Assembly: GCA_964446485.1 (NCBI GenBank)
Contig: CAYUOU010000013.1
Coordinates: forward strand, 1,183 to 65,182
DNA from: an uncultured Desulfobacterales bacterium
Lineage (GTDB): Bacteria > Desulfobacterota > Desulfobacteria > Desulfobacterales > JBDRRP01
DNA length: 64,000 nt
Direction of reading: 5' to 3'
Translations under genes and position numbers: made by a program
The notes under the pieces: model-generated
The model's input: only the letters and a program-made list of their open reading frames with translations
The model's database searches: none
What the model was told of the DNA's origin: nothing
Part shown: one piece after another, positions 36,012 to 45,064 of the stretch
Position numbering within the stretch: position 1 is the stretch's first letter
How the letters are laid out: each line of letters starts with the position of its first letter

Positions 36012-36449
36012 CTATTTCGCCGACAGGTTTGCTTGGCGCCCTGCCCTTTCAGACCGCAATTTATTTATGAATGGCATGAAGTCGAAATACATGCCGCGGA
36101 TTTTGCTCTCGTATGCCAATCGGAGATCTTGGTCATTTGCGAAAATACACTCTCCAATCGTGATCACCTCATAGGCGATTTCCAATGATGCCCCATTAAG
36201 TATCGTTACATCCGTTTGTTTATCGAGCGCTTGGCTGATCCTGGCAGCGATGATGTGTGCCGGTGAAATGGCCCGAACCGGATCTGATTTATAGGTATTC
36301 TCGTCGACCCAAAAGGCCAGATCCACATCTGAAGATGGTTTGGCGGTGCGATTCACTACCGAACCGAAGAGATAGACGGAAACGATTTTATCTTCCGGCT
36401 TAATTTGTCCGGAAAGGAGTTCAGAAATGGTTTCAACGCTGTCGATCAT
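36012..36449 (-). CDS. mntA: MntA-like minimal nucleotidyltransferase antitoxin, pair 2
   Basis: VYLFGSVVNRTAKPSSDVDLAFWV (GS-x10-DxD). Confidence 0.85.
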   Translation of the reverse strand: MIDSVETISELLSGQIKPEDKIVSVYLFGSVVNRTAKPSSDVDLAFWVDENTYKSDPVRAISPAHIIAARISQALDKQTDVTILNGASLEIAYEVITIGECIFANDQDLRLAYESKIRGMYFDFMPFINKLRSERAGRQANLSAK

Positions 36450-36484
36450 CTATTTGGTCTCCATCCATACTTATCGGCGTGTTA

Positions 36485-36523
36485 TCACCCTCACCCCAGC
36501 CCTCTCCCATCAAGGGAGAGGGA
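36485..36523. repeat. REP-like hairpin (ccctctccc-atcaa-gggagaggg)
   Basis: A perfect 9-bp stem at 36499-36507 / 36513-36521 with a 5-nt loop, preceded by caccctcaccccag. It is intergenic, between mntA and the parE remnant. Confidence 0.6.
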
Positions 36524-36571
36524 GCATGGGCCTCCCCATGGATGGGCACTATTCAGCCAATATATTGACCA

Positions 36572-36861
36572 CTATGTTTTCGTGCCCTGTGAGGCAAGCA
36601 GTTCATAAACATCCCTTCGGTGCCCAACATGGTGGATTTCCAGGGTCTCGGCCTCCTCATCGACCCAATAAACAATCCGAAAGCGCTTAGCGCTAAGCGA
36701 GCGATATAACCGGATAGTTCCCGTTCAAGGCGTTTGCTGGCATGTGGAGCGGATTGAAGGTGCTCCAGGCGCGCCCGAACGATTGATTTGAGCTGAGGAT
36801 GCAATGCCACAATTTGGCTACGGAAGGTTTCCGAATAGCTTAGCCGGTATGCCACCCTCAT
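36572..36861 (-). pseudogene. ParE/RelE-family toxin, frameshifted
   Basis: Frame A reads MRVAYRLSYSETFRSQIVALHPQLKSIVRARLEHLQSAPHASKRLERELSGY. The sequence RSLSAKRFRIVYWVDEEAETLEIHHVGHRRDVYELLASQGTKT* then continues in another frame. Removing 2 nt in the tatat run (36704-36707, + strand) restores a 95-aa RelE/ParE-like ORF, since 290 nt = 96 codons + 2. Confidence 0.75.
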
Positions 36862-37127
36862 CGACCCCAGACCTCGGCATCCGATAAAACCCGGCCTTTC
36901 CTGAAATCGGTTGCCGATGCCGCCAAGGCGGCCATAACCTTTTGATCGGCCAGAATCTCTATCGTCTCGAGAAGCGACTCATAGCGCCCCGCTGTCATCA
37001 TCACCCCCACCGCTTCGCCGTTTCGGGTCAGCGTGATGGTGGAATCCTCCTCCTGCATGACTTTTAAAATGTCCAACAGGCCCCGCTTGACTTTTGTTAC
37101 AGGCATGATCTGCGGCACGTCACCCAT
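36858..37127 (-). CDS. Phd/YefM-type antitoxin
   Basis: 89 aa. IMPVTKVKRGLLDILKVMQEEDSTITLTRNGEAVGVMMTAGRYESLLETIEIL is a typical Phd/YefM fold sequence. There is a 4-nt overlap with the downstream toxin gene. Confidence 0.8.
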   Translation of the reverse strand: MGDVPQIMPVTKVKRGLLDILKVMQEEDSTITLTRNGEAVGVMMTAGRYESLLETIEILADQKVMAALAASATDFRKGRVLSDAEVWGR

Positions 37128-37181
37128 GGCGCCCTCTAATTAATATTACCCAAATTGAGCGAATATTCTTCGGAAACCTCT

Positions 37182-37258
37182 GTCGGGGCGGGCATAAAGC
37201 CCGCCCCGACGAGACCGCCTCAACCCGCCAGGTAGGGGCGGGGTTTATCCCCGCCCGC
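37182..37258. repeat. REP-like GC hairpin pair, family A
   Basis: gtcggggcgggc-ataaa-gcccgccccgac (perfect 12-bp stem, 37182-37210) and gtaggggcggggtttatccccgcccgc (37232-37258). Confidence 0.75.
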
Positions 37259-37367
37259 GGATATTGCGGCTTTCCGCCGAAAACCGTCGCAAAATCGCTC
37301 AGGTTAGGTAATATACAGCATTTCAGGAAGTTACGCTACCCAATGGCAAACAGGCAGTTTGCAGGCA

Positions 37368-40300
37368 TCATTCTTTAACCATCTGAAACCCTGCTTTCAG
37401 CCGCGCCCCCGCATCCATGGCCAGACTGAACAGCGCCGGGATGAGAAAGATGGTGAAGACGGTGGAGATGAACAGCCCGCCCACAACGACGCTGCCGAGA
37501 CCGCGGTAGAATTCGGAGCCGGCGCCGGGGAAGAGCACTAGAGGCAGCATGCCGGAGATGGTGGTGATGGTGCTCATGTACACGGGCCGGATTCGCGTGC
37601 GCACCGACTCGGTGATGGCATCCCGTGGGGTCATGTGCTGATCCCGAATGTTGTTCAGCGCCTGGTGAACGATGAGGATGGCGTTGTTGACCACCGTTCC
37701 CACCAAGATGATGAATCCCAGCATGGTGATGATGTCCAAAGATTGCGCCGCGATGAACTGGTTCACCAGAAACAATCCCACAAACCCGCCGGCGGCGGCC
37801 AGCGGTACGCTGAAAAGGATAATGAGGGGGTAGAAAAAGTTTTCAAAGAGGGCGGCCATAAGTAAATAACTGATGACCACGGCCAGCACGAAATTCCAGA
37901 TCAGTGCTTCCCGGGTCCGCGTGAGTTTGTCGGCGGTCCCACCCATCGTCAGAGAATACAGCCCCCCCAATTGGCCGGACGCCTTCACGGGATTCACCAC
38001 TTTTTCCCGGATGATGTCCATGGCGGTCTCCAGGGCGATGCGCTCCGAGGGGATGACCTGGATGGTAATGGCACGCTGAGAATCGATATGGTTGATCTGG
38101 GTCGGCCCCTGGGCCAGACGCACATCGGCCACCGCCGCTAAAGTGACTTTCTCCCCGAGTGGTGAGATGATCGGCAGGTTTTCAAGGTCTTGGGTGCGGT
38201 TCAATCGTCCCGCGCCGCTTTTCACCACCAGATCGATCTCGTCGCCGGCAAGCCGGTAGATGCTGGCCCGCGTGCCGTCCACCAGCGCATCCACGGTCGT
38301 CCCCAAATCAGCGGTGTTGATGCCGAGGCGTGTCATGCGTTCCCGGTCGGGAATTACGCGCATCTCGGGGTTCCCCAAATCCAATCCCGGAATGGGTCGG
38401 ATCTGGGCGCCCGGCAGGGCCTGCATGGACATACCAAATACCTGCCGCCCCAAATTGATCAGCTTTTCCAGATCGGGGCCCTTGATTTCGATCTCGATGG
38501 ATCGCCCCTCCCCAATGCCTCGTGAAAAGAGACTCGACTGCTGAACGATGGCAATCATGCCGGGGATCTTCCTCAACGTGCCGTAAATGATGGGCAGCAG
38601 TTCCCGCGTGCGCTCCTGCACCTTGGAGACGATCCCCATAAAGACCGACTGTCCAACGGCCACATAAAAGAAATTCCGCACCGGGGGGATGCCCCGTTCC
38701 CGTATCAATGCGTTGGTTTCTCCATCCTTTTCAATGAGTGGCAGGATATCACTTTCAACGCCTTTACCGATCTCGGTCAACTCCTCCAGGTTGTAGCCCG
38801 GAGGAGGCAGGAGGATGCCAAACAGCAACTCCCGATTGCCCTGAGGCAGGTATTCGGTTTTGGGAATCAAAAACACGACAAACAGCACCGCAACGGCAAT
38901 CAAACCACCAGCCACAGCCAAGCGCGCCGTCACCCGCCCGCACATCCAGTAGACAAAGCGCGTGATCCCGCTCACGAAAGCCTGAGCCGTCTCGGCCACG
39001 GCGCCGGGCCGTTTGTCGGCGGTATTGCTGTGCGCTTTTCCGAGAATCTTGGCCGACAACGTGGGAATCCCCGTGATGGAAATAGTCAGACTCAACACCA
39101 CGGCACTGCTGATGGCGATGGCGATATCTCGAAACAACTGCCCGGCTTCTTCCTGAACGAACACGATGGGAACAAACACCGCCACCGTCGTGAGCGTACT
39201 GGCCAGTACCGCCCCCCAGACCTCGGAAGTACCGTCAAATGCAGCTTTGATACGGTTTTTGCCCATCTCCCGGTGCCGGTAGATGTTTTCAAAGACCACG
39301 ATGGAATTGTCCACCACCATACCGATGGCGAAACTCAGTCCGGCCAGACTCACCACGTTGATATTGCGCCCCATGAGGGTCATCACGAGAAAGGTACCGA
39401 TGATGCTTACCGGTATGGCCAAGGCGATGATGATGGTACTGGAGAAACTTCTCAAAAACGCCAACAGCACCACGACGGCAAGAGTGCCCCCCACAAGAAT
39501 GTTCTTTTTCACGAGATCAATGGCGCTGTAGATGTATCCCGTTTCGTCGTAGACCTGCTCGATCTCGATGCCGTGATCTTTCAAAATTCCGTTGTTCAGC
39601 GCCGCCAGGGTGTTCTTGAGCTTTTCCATCACCACCAGCACATTCGCGCCGGGCTCCCTGACGGCGTTCATGACCATGGTGGGGACTCCTACGTGGCGCA
39701 CCACGACCCTGGGGTCGCTGTATCCCAGACTGACCGTGGCCACGTCTTTCACCGATACGGGGATGCCCGCCACCCGTTTGATGATGACGTTCTCCACGTC
39801 CTCAGGCCGCTCGAACTCGCCAACGGTGCGCGCGATATAGCGGCGCTTGCCTTCATCGAAGTCGCCGGCGCTGATGTTTTTGTTTTCGATGGAGAGCGCC
39901 CGAATCAGCTCCGGCACCGTCACCTGTCTCGCTGATAGGGCGTCCACATCGAAAATCACCTGCAATTCACGCTCGCGGCCGCCGTAAATGTTAGCGGAAG
40001 CGACGCCGGCAATTCTTTCCAGGGCCGGTTTTACATGTTCATCCAGAAAATCGTATTCGTAATACAGGGCGCCGGTATAGCCCGGCCGGGCCTTGAGAAT
40101 CATCCAGGCAATGGCTGTTTCCCGTCGTCCGCCGCTTTTGATGAGGGGTTTGTCCGCATCGAGCGGGTATTGCTTGACTTGCTCCATCTTGTTGGAGGTG
40201 CGAAGCAGTGCCGTATCGATCTCCGTGCCGATCTCAAAGAGCAGGCTGATATTGGAGCGCCCATCCTCGCTCTCACTGGTGATCTCCTCCAGTCCGTCGA

Positions 40301-40520
40301 GGTTTTTTAGCTGCTCCTCCTGAACCTCGGTGATCTCGCGCTCCACTTCCACCGGACTAGCGCCTTTCCAGACCGTTTCGATGGAAATCTCCGGCTTGTC
40401 CACATCCGGAGTCAACTGAATAGGGATTCTAAAAAGGGATATCACGCCGAAAAGTATCAGCAGCAGGATGCCGACGGTGACAGTGACCGGGCGCTTAATA
40501 GCGGTGTCGACGATTCTCAA
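37368..40520 (-). CDS. RND efflux transporter inner-membrane permease (AcrB/HAE family)
   Basis: 1050 aa with the 12-TM RND architecture. N-terminal MRIVDTAIKRPVTVTVGILLLILFG and typical TM4 region AIGMVVDNSIVVFENI. Confidence 0.9.
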   Translation of the reverse strand: MRIVDTAIKRPVTVTVGILLLILFGVISLFRIPIQLTPDVDKPEISIETVWKGASPVEVEREITEVQEEQLKNLDGLEEITSESEDGRSNISLLFEIGTEIDTALLRTSNKMEQVKQYPLDADKPLIKSGGRRETAIAWMILKARPGYTGALYYEYDFLDEHVKPALERIAGVASANIYGGRERELQVIFDVDALSARQVTVPELIRALSIENKNISAGDFDEGKRRYIARTVGEFERPEDVENVIIKRVAGIPVSVKDVATVSLGYSDPRVVVRHVGVPTMVMNAVREPGANVLVVMEKLKNTLAALNNGILKDHGIEIEQVYDETGYIYSAIDLVKKNILVGGTLAVVVLLAFLRSFSSTIIIALAIPVSIIGTFLVMTLMGRNINVVSLAGLSFAIGMVVDNSIVVFENIYRHREMGKNRIKAAFDGTSEVWGAVLASTLTTVAVFVPIVFVQEEAGQLFRDIAIAISSAVVLSLTISITGIPTLSAKILGKAHSNTADKRPGAVAETAQAFVSGITRFVYWMCGRVTARLAVAGGLIAVAVLFVVFLIPKTEYLPQGNRELLFGILLPPPGYNLEELTEIGKGVESDILPLIEKDGETNALIRERGIPPVRNFFYVAVGQSVFMGIVSKVQERTRELLPIIYGTLRKIPGMIAIVQQSSLFSRGIGEGRSIEIEIKGPDLEKLINLGRQVFGMSMQALPGAQIRPIPGLDLGNPEMRVIPDRERMTRLGINTADLGTTVDALVDGTRASIYRLAGDEIDLVVKSGAGRLNRTQDLENLPIISPLGEKVTLAAVADVRLAQGPTQINHIDSQRAITIQVIPSERIALETAMDIIREKVVNPVKASGQLGGLYSLTMGGTADKLTRTREALIWNFVLAVVISYLLMAALFENFFYPLIILFSVPLAAAGGFVGLFLVNQFIAAQSLDIITMLGFIILVGTVVNNAILIVHQALNNIRDQHMTPRDAITESVRTRIRPVYMSTITTISGMLPLVLFPGAGSEFYRGLGSVVVGGLFISTVFTIFLIPALFSLAMDAGARLKAGFQMVKE

Positions 40521-40702
40521 TTAATCAGCCTCCGGAATGCATCGCACAAAATGGCGAATCGAATTTGTCAAAACAGCGTCGTATTCCTGACAGAAGGATT
40601 CAAGGGAAAACAATAAAATCAGTTAATTGTTATTGGTTAATTGTGAATAGAAAAACCAACTCCAACTAACCATCAACTGATAACTGGTAACGAATAACGC
40701 TT

Positions 40703-41806
40703 TCATTCCGTCACCTGCACCGCTTGCCCCGGGCGCAGTCTTTCATTGCCGCGGGTGACCACGGGCATGCCCGGGGCCACAGGACCTTTCACGGCGACCT
40801 CGCCGTCATAGTATCCATCGATATCCACAGGCAACAGCACCGCCTTACCGTCCTTCACCGTATAGACGATGTTGCTGCCGCCGCTGGAAACCACGGCATC
40901 CTTGGGCACCAAGATCGCGGTTTTTTGGGTGTCCAGGTTCAAACCAACGATGGCCTCCATACCCGGCTGAAACTTGAGATCGGGGTTGTCGAGGTCGACC
41001 CGCACCGGAAAGGTCCTGGAAACGGCGTTGCCCTGCGGCATCACCGCATCCACAACGGCCGGCATCCGCCCGGTGTTCATGCTGCGGATGGTCACGCCGG
41101 CGACACCATCCTTTCCAATGTGAACGACATACCGCTCCGGTACGTCAATGGTGACGTAGACATGAGAAATGTCGATGAGGGTGACCACACTGCCGCCCAC
41201 GCTGATCCACTGCCCGACCTCTGTATGCTCTTTGGCGACATACCCCGCAAAAGGCGCGATGACTTTGGCCTGAGTAATCCGGTAATCCAGCAGTTCCAAA
41301 TCCGCCTTGCGGCTGTCCATTTCGGCCAGAAGGGCACCATAGGCGGACAGCGCGTCGTCGTAGCTTCGCTCGGCCACGCTGTTGGCCGCCTTCAAGCGCT
41401 CTTGCCGTTCAAGTTCTTTTTTGGCGCGATCGAGGTTCGCCCGGGTCACTTGCTGTGCGGCCACCACGGCTTTTCGCTGAAGTACCAGGTCAGTGACCCT
41501 CAGGGTGGCCAACAACGCCCCCTTTTTCACGTAATCCCCTTCCTTTGCCGGAAAGGATGCCACCACGCCATCGCCCTCGGAAGCGACGACGCTGGTGGCA
41601 ATCGGTTCGACGGTTCCCACAACGGTGATTTGGTTGGAGACTTCCCTTGATTCCGCCATTGCCACGCGCACGGGCGACGCGGGCGGGCCGCCTTTATCCT
41701 TTTCGTTTTGCGCAAGCGCCGGAGAAATAACGATCCCAAAAAACGTGATGATGAAAACGGAAAGAAAACAGCGTGCAAGGAAGGTGCAGCGTTTGGCCGG
41801 GATCAT
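40703..41806 (-). CDS. RND efflux periplasmic adaptor (MFP/HlyD family)
   Basis: Start set at MIPAKRCTFLARCF (41806; ggag lies 7 nt upstream), with a signal-like N-terminus. Contains biotinyl-lipoyl, coiled-coil and beta-barrel blocks (KVIAPFAGYVAKEHTEVGQWI). The 82-codon track extension lacks protein-like features. Confidence 0.85.
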   Translation of the reverse strand: MIPAKRCTFLARCFLSVFIITFFGIVISPALAQNEKDKGGPPASPVRVAMAESREVSNQITVVGTVEPIATSVVASEGDGVVASFPAKEGDYVKKGALLATLRVTDLVLQRKAVVAAQQVTRANLDRAKKELERQERLKAANSVAERSYDDALSAYGALLAEMDSRKADLELLDYRITQAKVIAPFAGYVAKEHTEVGQWISVGGSVVTLIDISHVYVTIDVPERYVVHIGKDGVAGVTIRSMNTGRMPAVVDAVMPQGNAVSRTFPVRVDLDNPDLKFQPGMEAIVGLNLDTQKTAILVPKDAVVSSGGSNIVYTVKDGKAVLLPVDIDGYYDGEVAVKGPVAPGMPVVTRGNERLRPGQAVQVTE

Positions 41807-42163
41807 GAGTACACTCCATTGATGGTGTGCTGGATTGGTGGGCGTCAAAAAAAATTGCAATCCGACTCTAAATACCTTGAAACCATCGGTCAAGTGATAC
41901 CCCGGGTGGTTACCGCAAGTTCGGTCGATGGTATCGGGTGGATCATTATCATGTTTTCGGTGCTCGCGCACCCATCCACCGCAATGCGACTCGAACAAAT
42001 ATGCCCTTTGGGCCGGAGCCATCATCGGAGGGGGCGATCGCTGATCGCTCACTTGCCCGGCGGGGGTTGTGTGTTATATTGGACGGACATTGCGAAAATC
42101 AGCACATTCGGCATTCGATCGATCACCCGGGCGATATGACTTCAGCGGCTGAAAGGATAACTG

Positions 42164-42919
42164 ATGAAACTAGCGGTCAGCGGAAAAGGCGGTGTGGGCA
42201 AAACGACATTTTCTGCCCTTTTAATACGAACGCTCGATGCCCAGGGTAAAAAGGTGCTGGCCATCGACGCCGACCCCGATGCCAACCTGGCAGCGGCGTT
42301 GGGGATTCCCGGCGCCGAAGACATTGTCCCCATCGCAGACATGAAGGATCTCGTTTTTGAACGAACCGAAGCGAAGCCAGGCAGCATGGGGGGGTTTTTC
42401 AAACTTAATCCCAAAGTCGACGACCTTCCCGATGCGCTATCGGCCCGTCTTGGCAATATCAAACTCATGCGCCTGGGCGGCGTCAAAAAAGGCGGTAGCG
42501 GCTGCATCTGCCCGGAAAGCACGCTCTTGCGCGCCCTGGTCATGCACGTTGTGCTGGCCCGTGACGAAGTAGTGGTCATGGACATGGAAGCCGGCATCGA
42601 ACATCTAGGCAGGGCCACGGCCAGGGCCGTTGACAAACTCATCGTCGTCGTGGAACCCGGCCGCCGCAGTATCGACACGGCCAACCACATCCGGCAACTG
42701 GCAGGTGAAATCGGCGTCGCGGACATTCATATCGTTGGTAACAAGATCCGAGGCCCTCAGGATGAAGCATTCCTCAAAACCCACCTCCCGGATTTCAGTT
42801 TTCTCGGATTCATCCCCTATGACCCGGCCCTCATCGAAGCCGATCTCAGCGGCACATCCCCCTACGATGCGGAAGCCGCGTCTAAATCAGTGGTCGCCCA
42901 AATGATCGCCGGCCTCTGA
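42164..42919 (+). CDS. cooC: CooC/AcsF-type MinD-family nickel-insertion ATPase homolog
   Basis: MKLAVSGKGGVGKTTFSALL (deviant Walker A), DADPDANL and the CooC-specific C-x-C motif GGSGCICPES. Confidence 0.8.
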   Translation: MKLAVSGKGGVGKTTFSALLIRTLDAQGKKVLAIDADPDANLAAALGIPGAEDIVPIADMKDLVFERTEAKPGSMGGFFKLNPKVDDLPDALSARLGNIKLMRLGGVKKGGSGCICPESTLLRALVMHVVLARDEVVVMDMEAGIEHLGRATARAVDKLIVVVEPGRRSIDTANHIRQLAGEIGVADIHIVGNKIRGPQDEAFLKTHLPDFSFLGFIPYDPALIEADLSGTSPYDAEAASKSVVAQMIAGL

Positions 42920-45045
42920 TGCCTGGGAAAAAACGATTCTTTCATCGCCCCCGAAGACATCGCCCTGCCGGAAATCAGGCCCGCGGCGAGCCCCCTCAGA
43001 TCCGCGCCAAGGCCGATCCCGTGCTGAAGAAAACCTTCGCGCGGATCGGCGTTCCTGAAAAGCGCCCCTTTCGAGCGGATCCATTTCAAGAGAGAGCGGT
43101 GGCCGAAGTGGGCCCCGCCGATGTGCTGGTAACGGCGCCGACCGGCTCCGGGAAAACCTGGATCGCAGAGCAGGTTATCGCCAGGACCTTGTCTGCGGGG
43201 GGGCGGGCCTGGTACGCCTCCCCCCTGAAAGCGCTGACCAACAGCAAATACCAGGAATTTGCCGAACGGTTCGGGGCCGAAACGGTAGGCATTCTCACCG
43301 GCGACCGAAAGGAAAACCCTGACGCCGCGGTCATCACCGGCACGACTGAAATCCTCAGAAATCAGCTTTATGACGCCATGCACCATGGGGAGACCCTGAA
43401 TACCGACGTTGTGATCCTCGACGAAGCCCATTTTTTGGGAGACGCTGACCGGGGGGTTGTGTGGGAGGAGATCATGATCTATCTCCCCATGCGCATCCCC
43501 CTGCTGATGCTTTCGGCCACCATCGGAAACGCCGATCAAATCGCCGCCTGGCTGACCCAGATTCGCTCCCGGCCTTGCCGGGTTGTCGCGGAAACACGCC
43601 GGCCGGTGCCGCTCTATTCCCTCTTTTTTCACCCCACCGGCACCCTGTATCCGCTATCCGTGGGCGGAAAGGAAAAGAAGGTTCGCCTCCATAAAAAGGT
43701 CTACCAGTACGCCACCGCCCATCGACCACTGATGCTGGCCCCCCCTCGAAAACTGCCACCGTTCGGCGACATCCTCGCCGTCATGAAAAAATTCCGACTG
43801 CTGCCGGCCATCTTTTTCATGAAATCGCGTGCCGACTGTGACCAGGCGCTAACCCTGGCGGCGCACCGACACACCCTGCCGCCGGAAAAACGCAGTACCA
43901 TCGCCGAGCGCATCGACACCCTCACAGCGGGACTGCCCCATGCCGCCAGGCACCGTCAACGCACCCTGGCGGAGCATCACGGCGTGGGATCTCATCACAG
44001 CGGCCAACTGCCTGCCTGGAAACTGATCCTCGAAACCCTCATGATTGAAGGGCATCTCGACGCCATCTTTGCCACCAGCACCGTTGCGGCCGGCGTCAAC
44101 TTCCCGGCACGAACGATCGTTTTCCTCAACTCGGACAAATTCAACGGCATCGACTTTTCTCCGCTGACGCCAACGGAGTTTCATCAGATGACCGGCCGGG
44201 CCGGACGACGGGGGATGGACAATATCGGTTTCGCCTTGGTACTGCCCGGAAAATTCATGGACTTGAAGGCCGTGGCCCGACTGGTTCACGCCGCCCCGTC
44301 AGGGGTGATGAGCCAAATCCACATCAACTTCAGCATGGTGTTGAACCTGCTGCTGTCCCACTCACCGGCGCAGGTCGAAGACCTCCTGACCCGATCCTTT
44401 GCCGCATTTCAGATTGAAGCGGCTGCAACGGCACCCACACTCATGAACAAGATCGGCTACGGCCAGCGTCATCTGGCCGAGGCCTTCGACAACCACCTGC
44501 AGTTTTTGGTCACCCATGATTACGCCACCGCCGATGGCAAACTCACCGAAGACGGCTTATGGGCATCGAAGCTTCGGGTCGATCACCCATTGATCTTAGC
44601 CGAAGGCTTCCGGCACCGATTGCTTCCAGACCGTGACCCGGCGTTGCTGGCGGGTATCATGGGCGCCTTTGTCAACGAGCGGGAGACCAATGACGCCATT
44701 GATCGCACGCTCCTGCCCGAAGTGCTGAAAAAAGCTTATTTTGACATCCGGCAGCGGCTGCTCCCTTTTGCGGCGGAAATGAACGACTGGGGGTTTGCCA
44801 CCCGCCCCATGTATCTGAGACCGGCGGTGAGCATTCATGCCTGGTGCAGCGGAAAGGATTGGGAATTCGTGCAGCGTCTTTCGGAAATCGAAGAAGGCAA
44901 CCTTGTCTCGCTGATGCTCAGAACCGCCGACCACCTGCGTCATGTGCGGGCGCTAAAGGAAGTATTTCCCGACGCGGCTGCCGCTGCCGCCGAGGCCATC
45001 GAACTGATACTTCGGGAGCCGGTGACAACGGAGCTGGGCCTGTAA
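42919..45045 (+). CDS. Ski2-like DExH-box helicase (HelY/Mtr4-like, DSHCT-type C-terminus)
   Basis: Motif I APTGSGKT, motif II ILDEAHFL, SAT, motif VI HHSGQLPAWK / QMTGRAGRRG, and a C-terminal DSHCT-like EEGNLVSLMLRTADHLRHV. Its ATG overlaps the cooC stop by 1 nt (TGATG). Confidence 0.85.
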   Translation: MPGKKRFFHRPRRHRPAGNQARGEPPQIRAKADPVLKKTFARIGVPEKRPFRADPFQERAVAEVGPADVLVTAPTGSGKTWIAEQVIARTLSAGGRAWYASPLKALTNSKYQEFAERFGAETVGILTGDRKENPDAAVITGTTEILRNQLYDAMHHGETLNTDVVILDEAHFLGDADRGVVWEEIMIYLPMRIPLLMLSATIGNADQIAAWLTQIRSRPCRVVAETRRPVPLYSLFFHPTGTLYPLSVGGKEKKVRLHKKVYQYATAHRPLMLAPPRKLPPFGDILAVMKKFRLLPAIFFMKSRADCDQALTLAAHRHTLPPEKRSTIAERIDTLTAGLPHAARHRQRTLAEHHGVGSHHSGQLPAWKLILETLMIEGHLDAIFATSTVAAGVNFPARTIVFLNSDKFNGIDFSPLTPTEFHQMTGRAGRRGMDNIGFALVLPGKFMDLKAVARLVHAAPSGVMSQIHINFSMVLNLLLSHSPAQVEDLLTRSFAAFQIEAAATAPTLMNKIGYGQRHLAEAFDNHLQFLVTHDYATADGKLTEDGLWASKLRVDHPLILAEGFRHRLLPDRDPALLAGIMGAFVNERETNDAIDRTLLPEVLKKAYFDIRQRLLPFAAEMNDWGFATRPMYLRPAVSIHAWCSGKDWEFVQRLSEIEEGNLVSLMLRTADHLRHVRALKEVFPDAAAAAAEAIELILREPVTTELGL

Positions 45046-45064
45046 TCTGGCGCCACCCTAAGGC

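Noticed and set aside
37359-41822. Long plus-strand ORFs inside the first RND/MFP genes (for example 39030..39935, 301 aa; 40724..41650, 308 aa)
   Set aside because: They are antisense shadow ORFs of GC-rich genes. Their composition is His/Arg/Gly/Asp-rich and low in complexity, with no motifs, and the opposite strand encodes unmistakable RND and MFP proteins.
41807-42052. N-terminal extensions of track ORFs (40703..42052, 17976..19277, 22743..23918, 27517..28722, 32512..33903, 35057..35644)
   Set aside because: The extensions overlap upstream genes or IS hairpins and lack protein-like sequence. Internal Met codons give proper signal peptides or family N-termini, with RBS or ATGA coupling.
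42142-44943. Minus-strand ORFs overlapping cooC and the helicase (42142..42726, 42862..43632, 43849..44289, 44596..44943)
   Set aside because: The opposite strand carries complete P-loop/CxC and DExH motif sets. These are GC-driven shadow ORFs.
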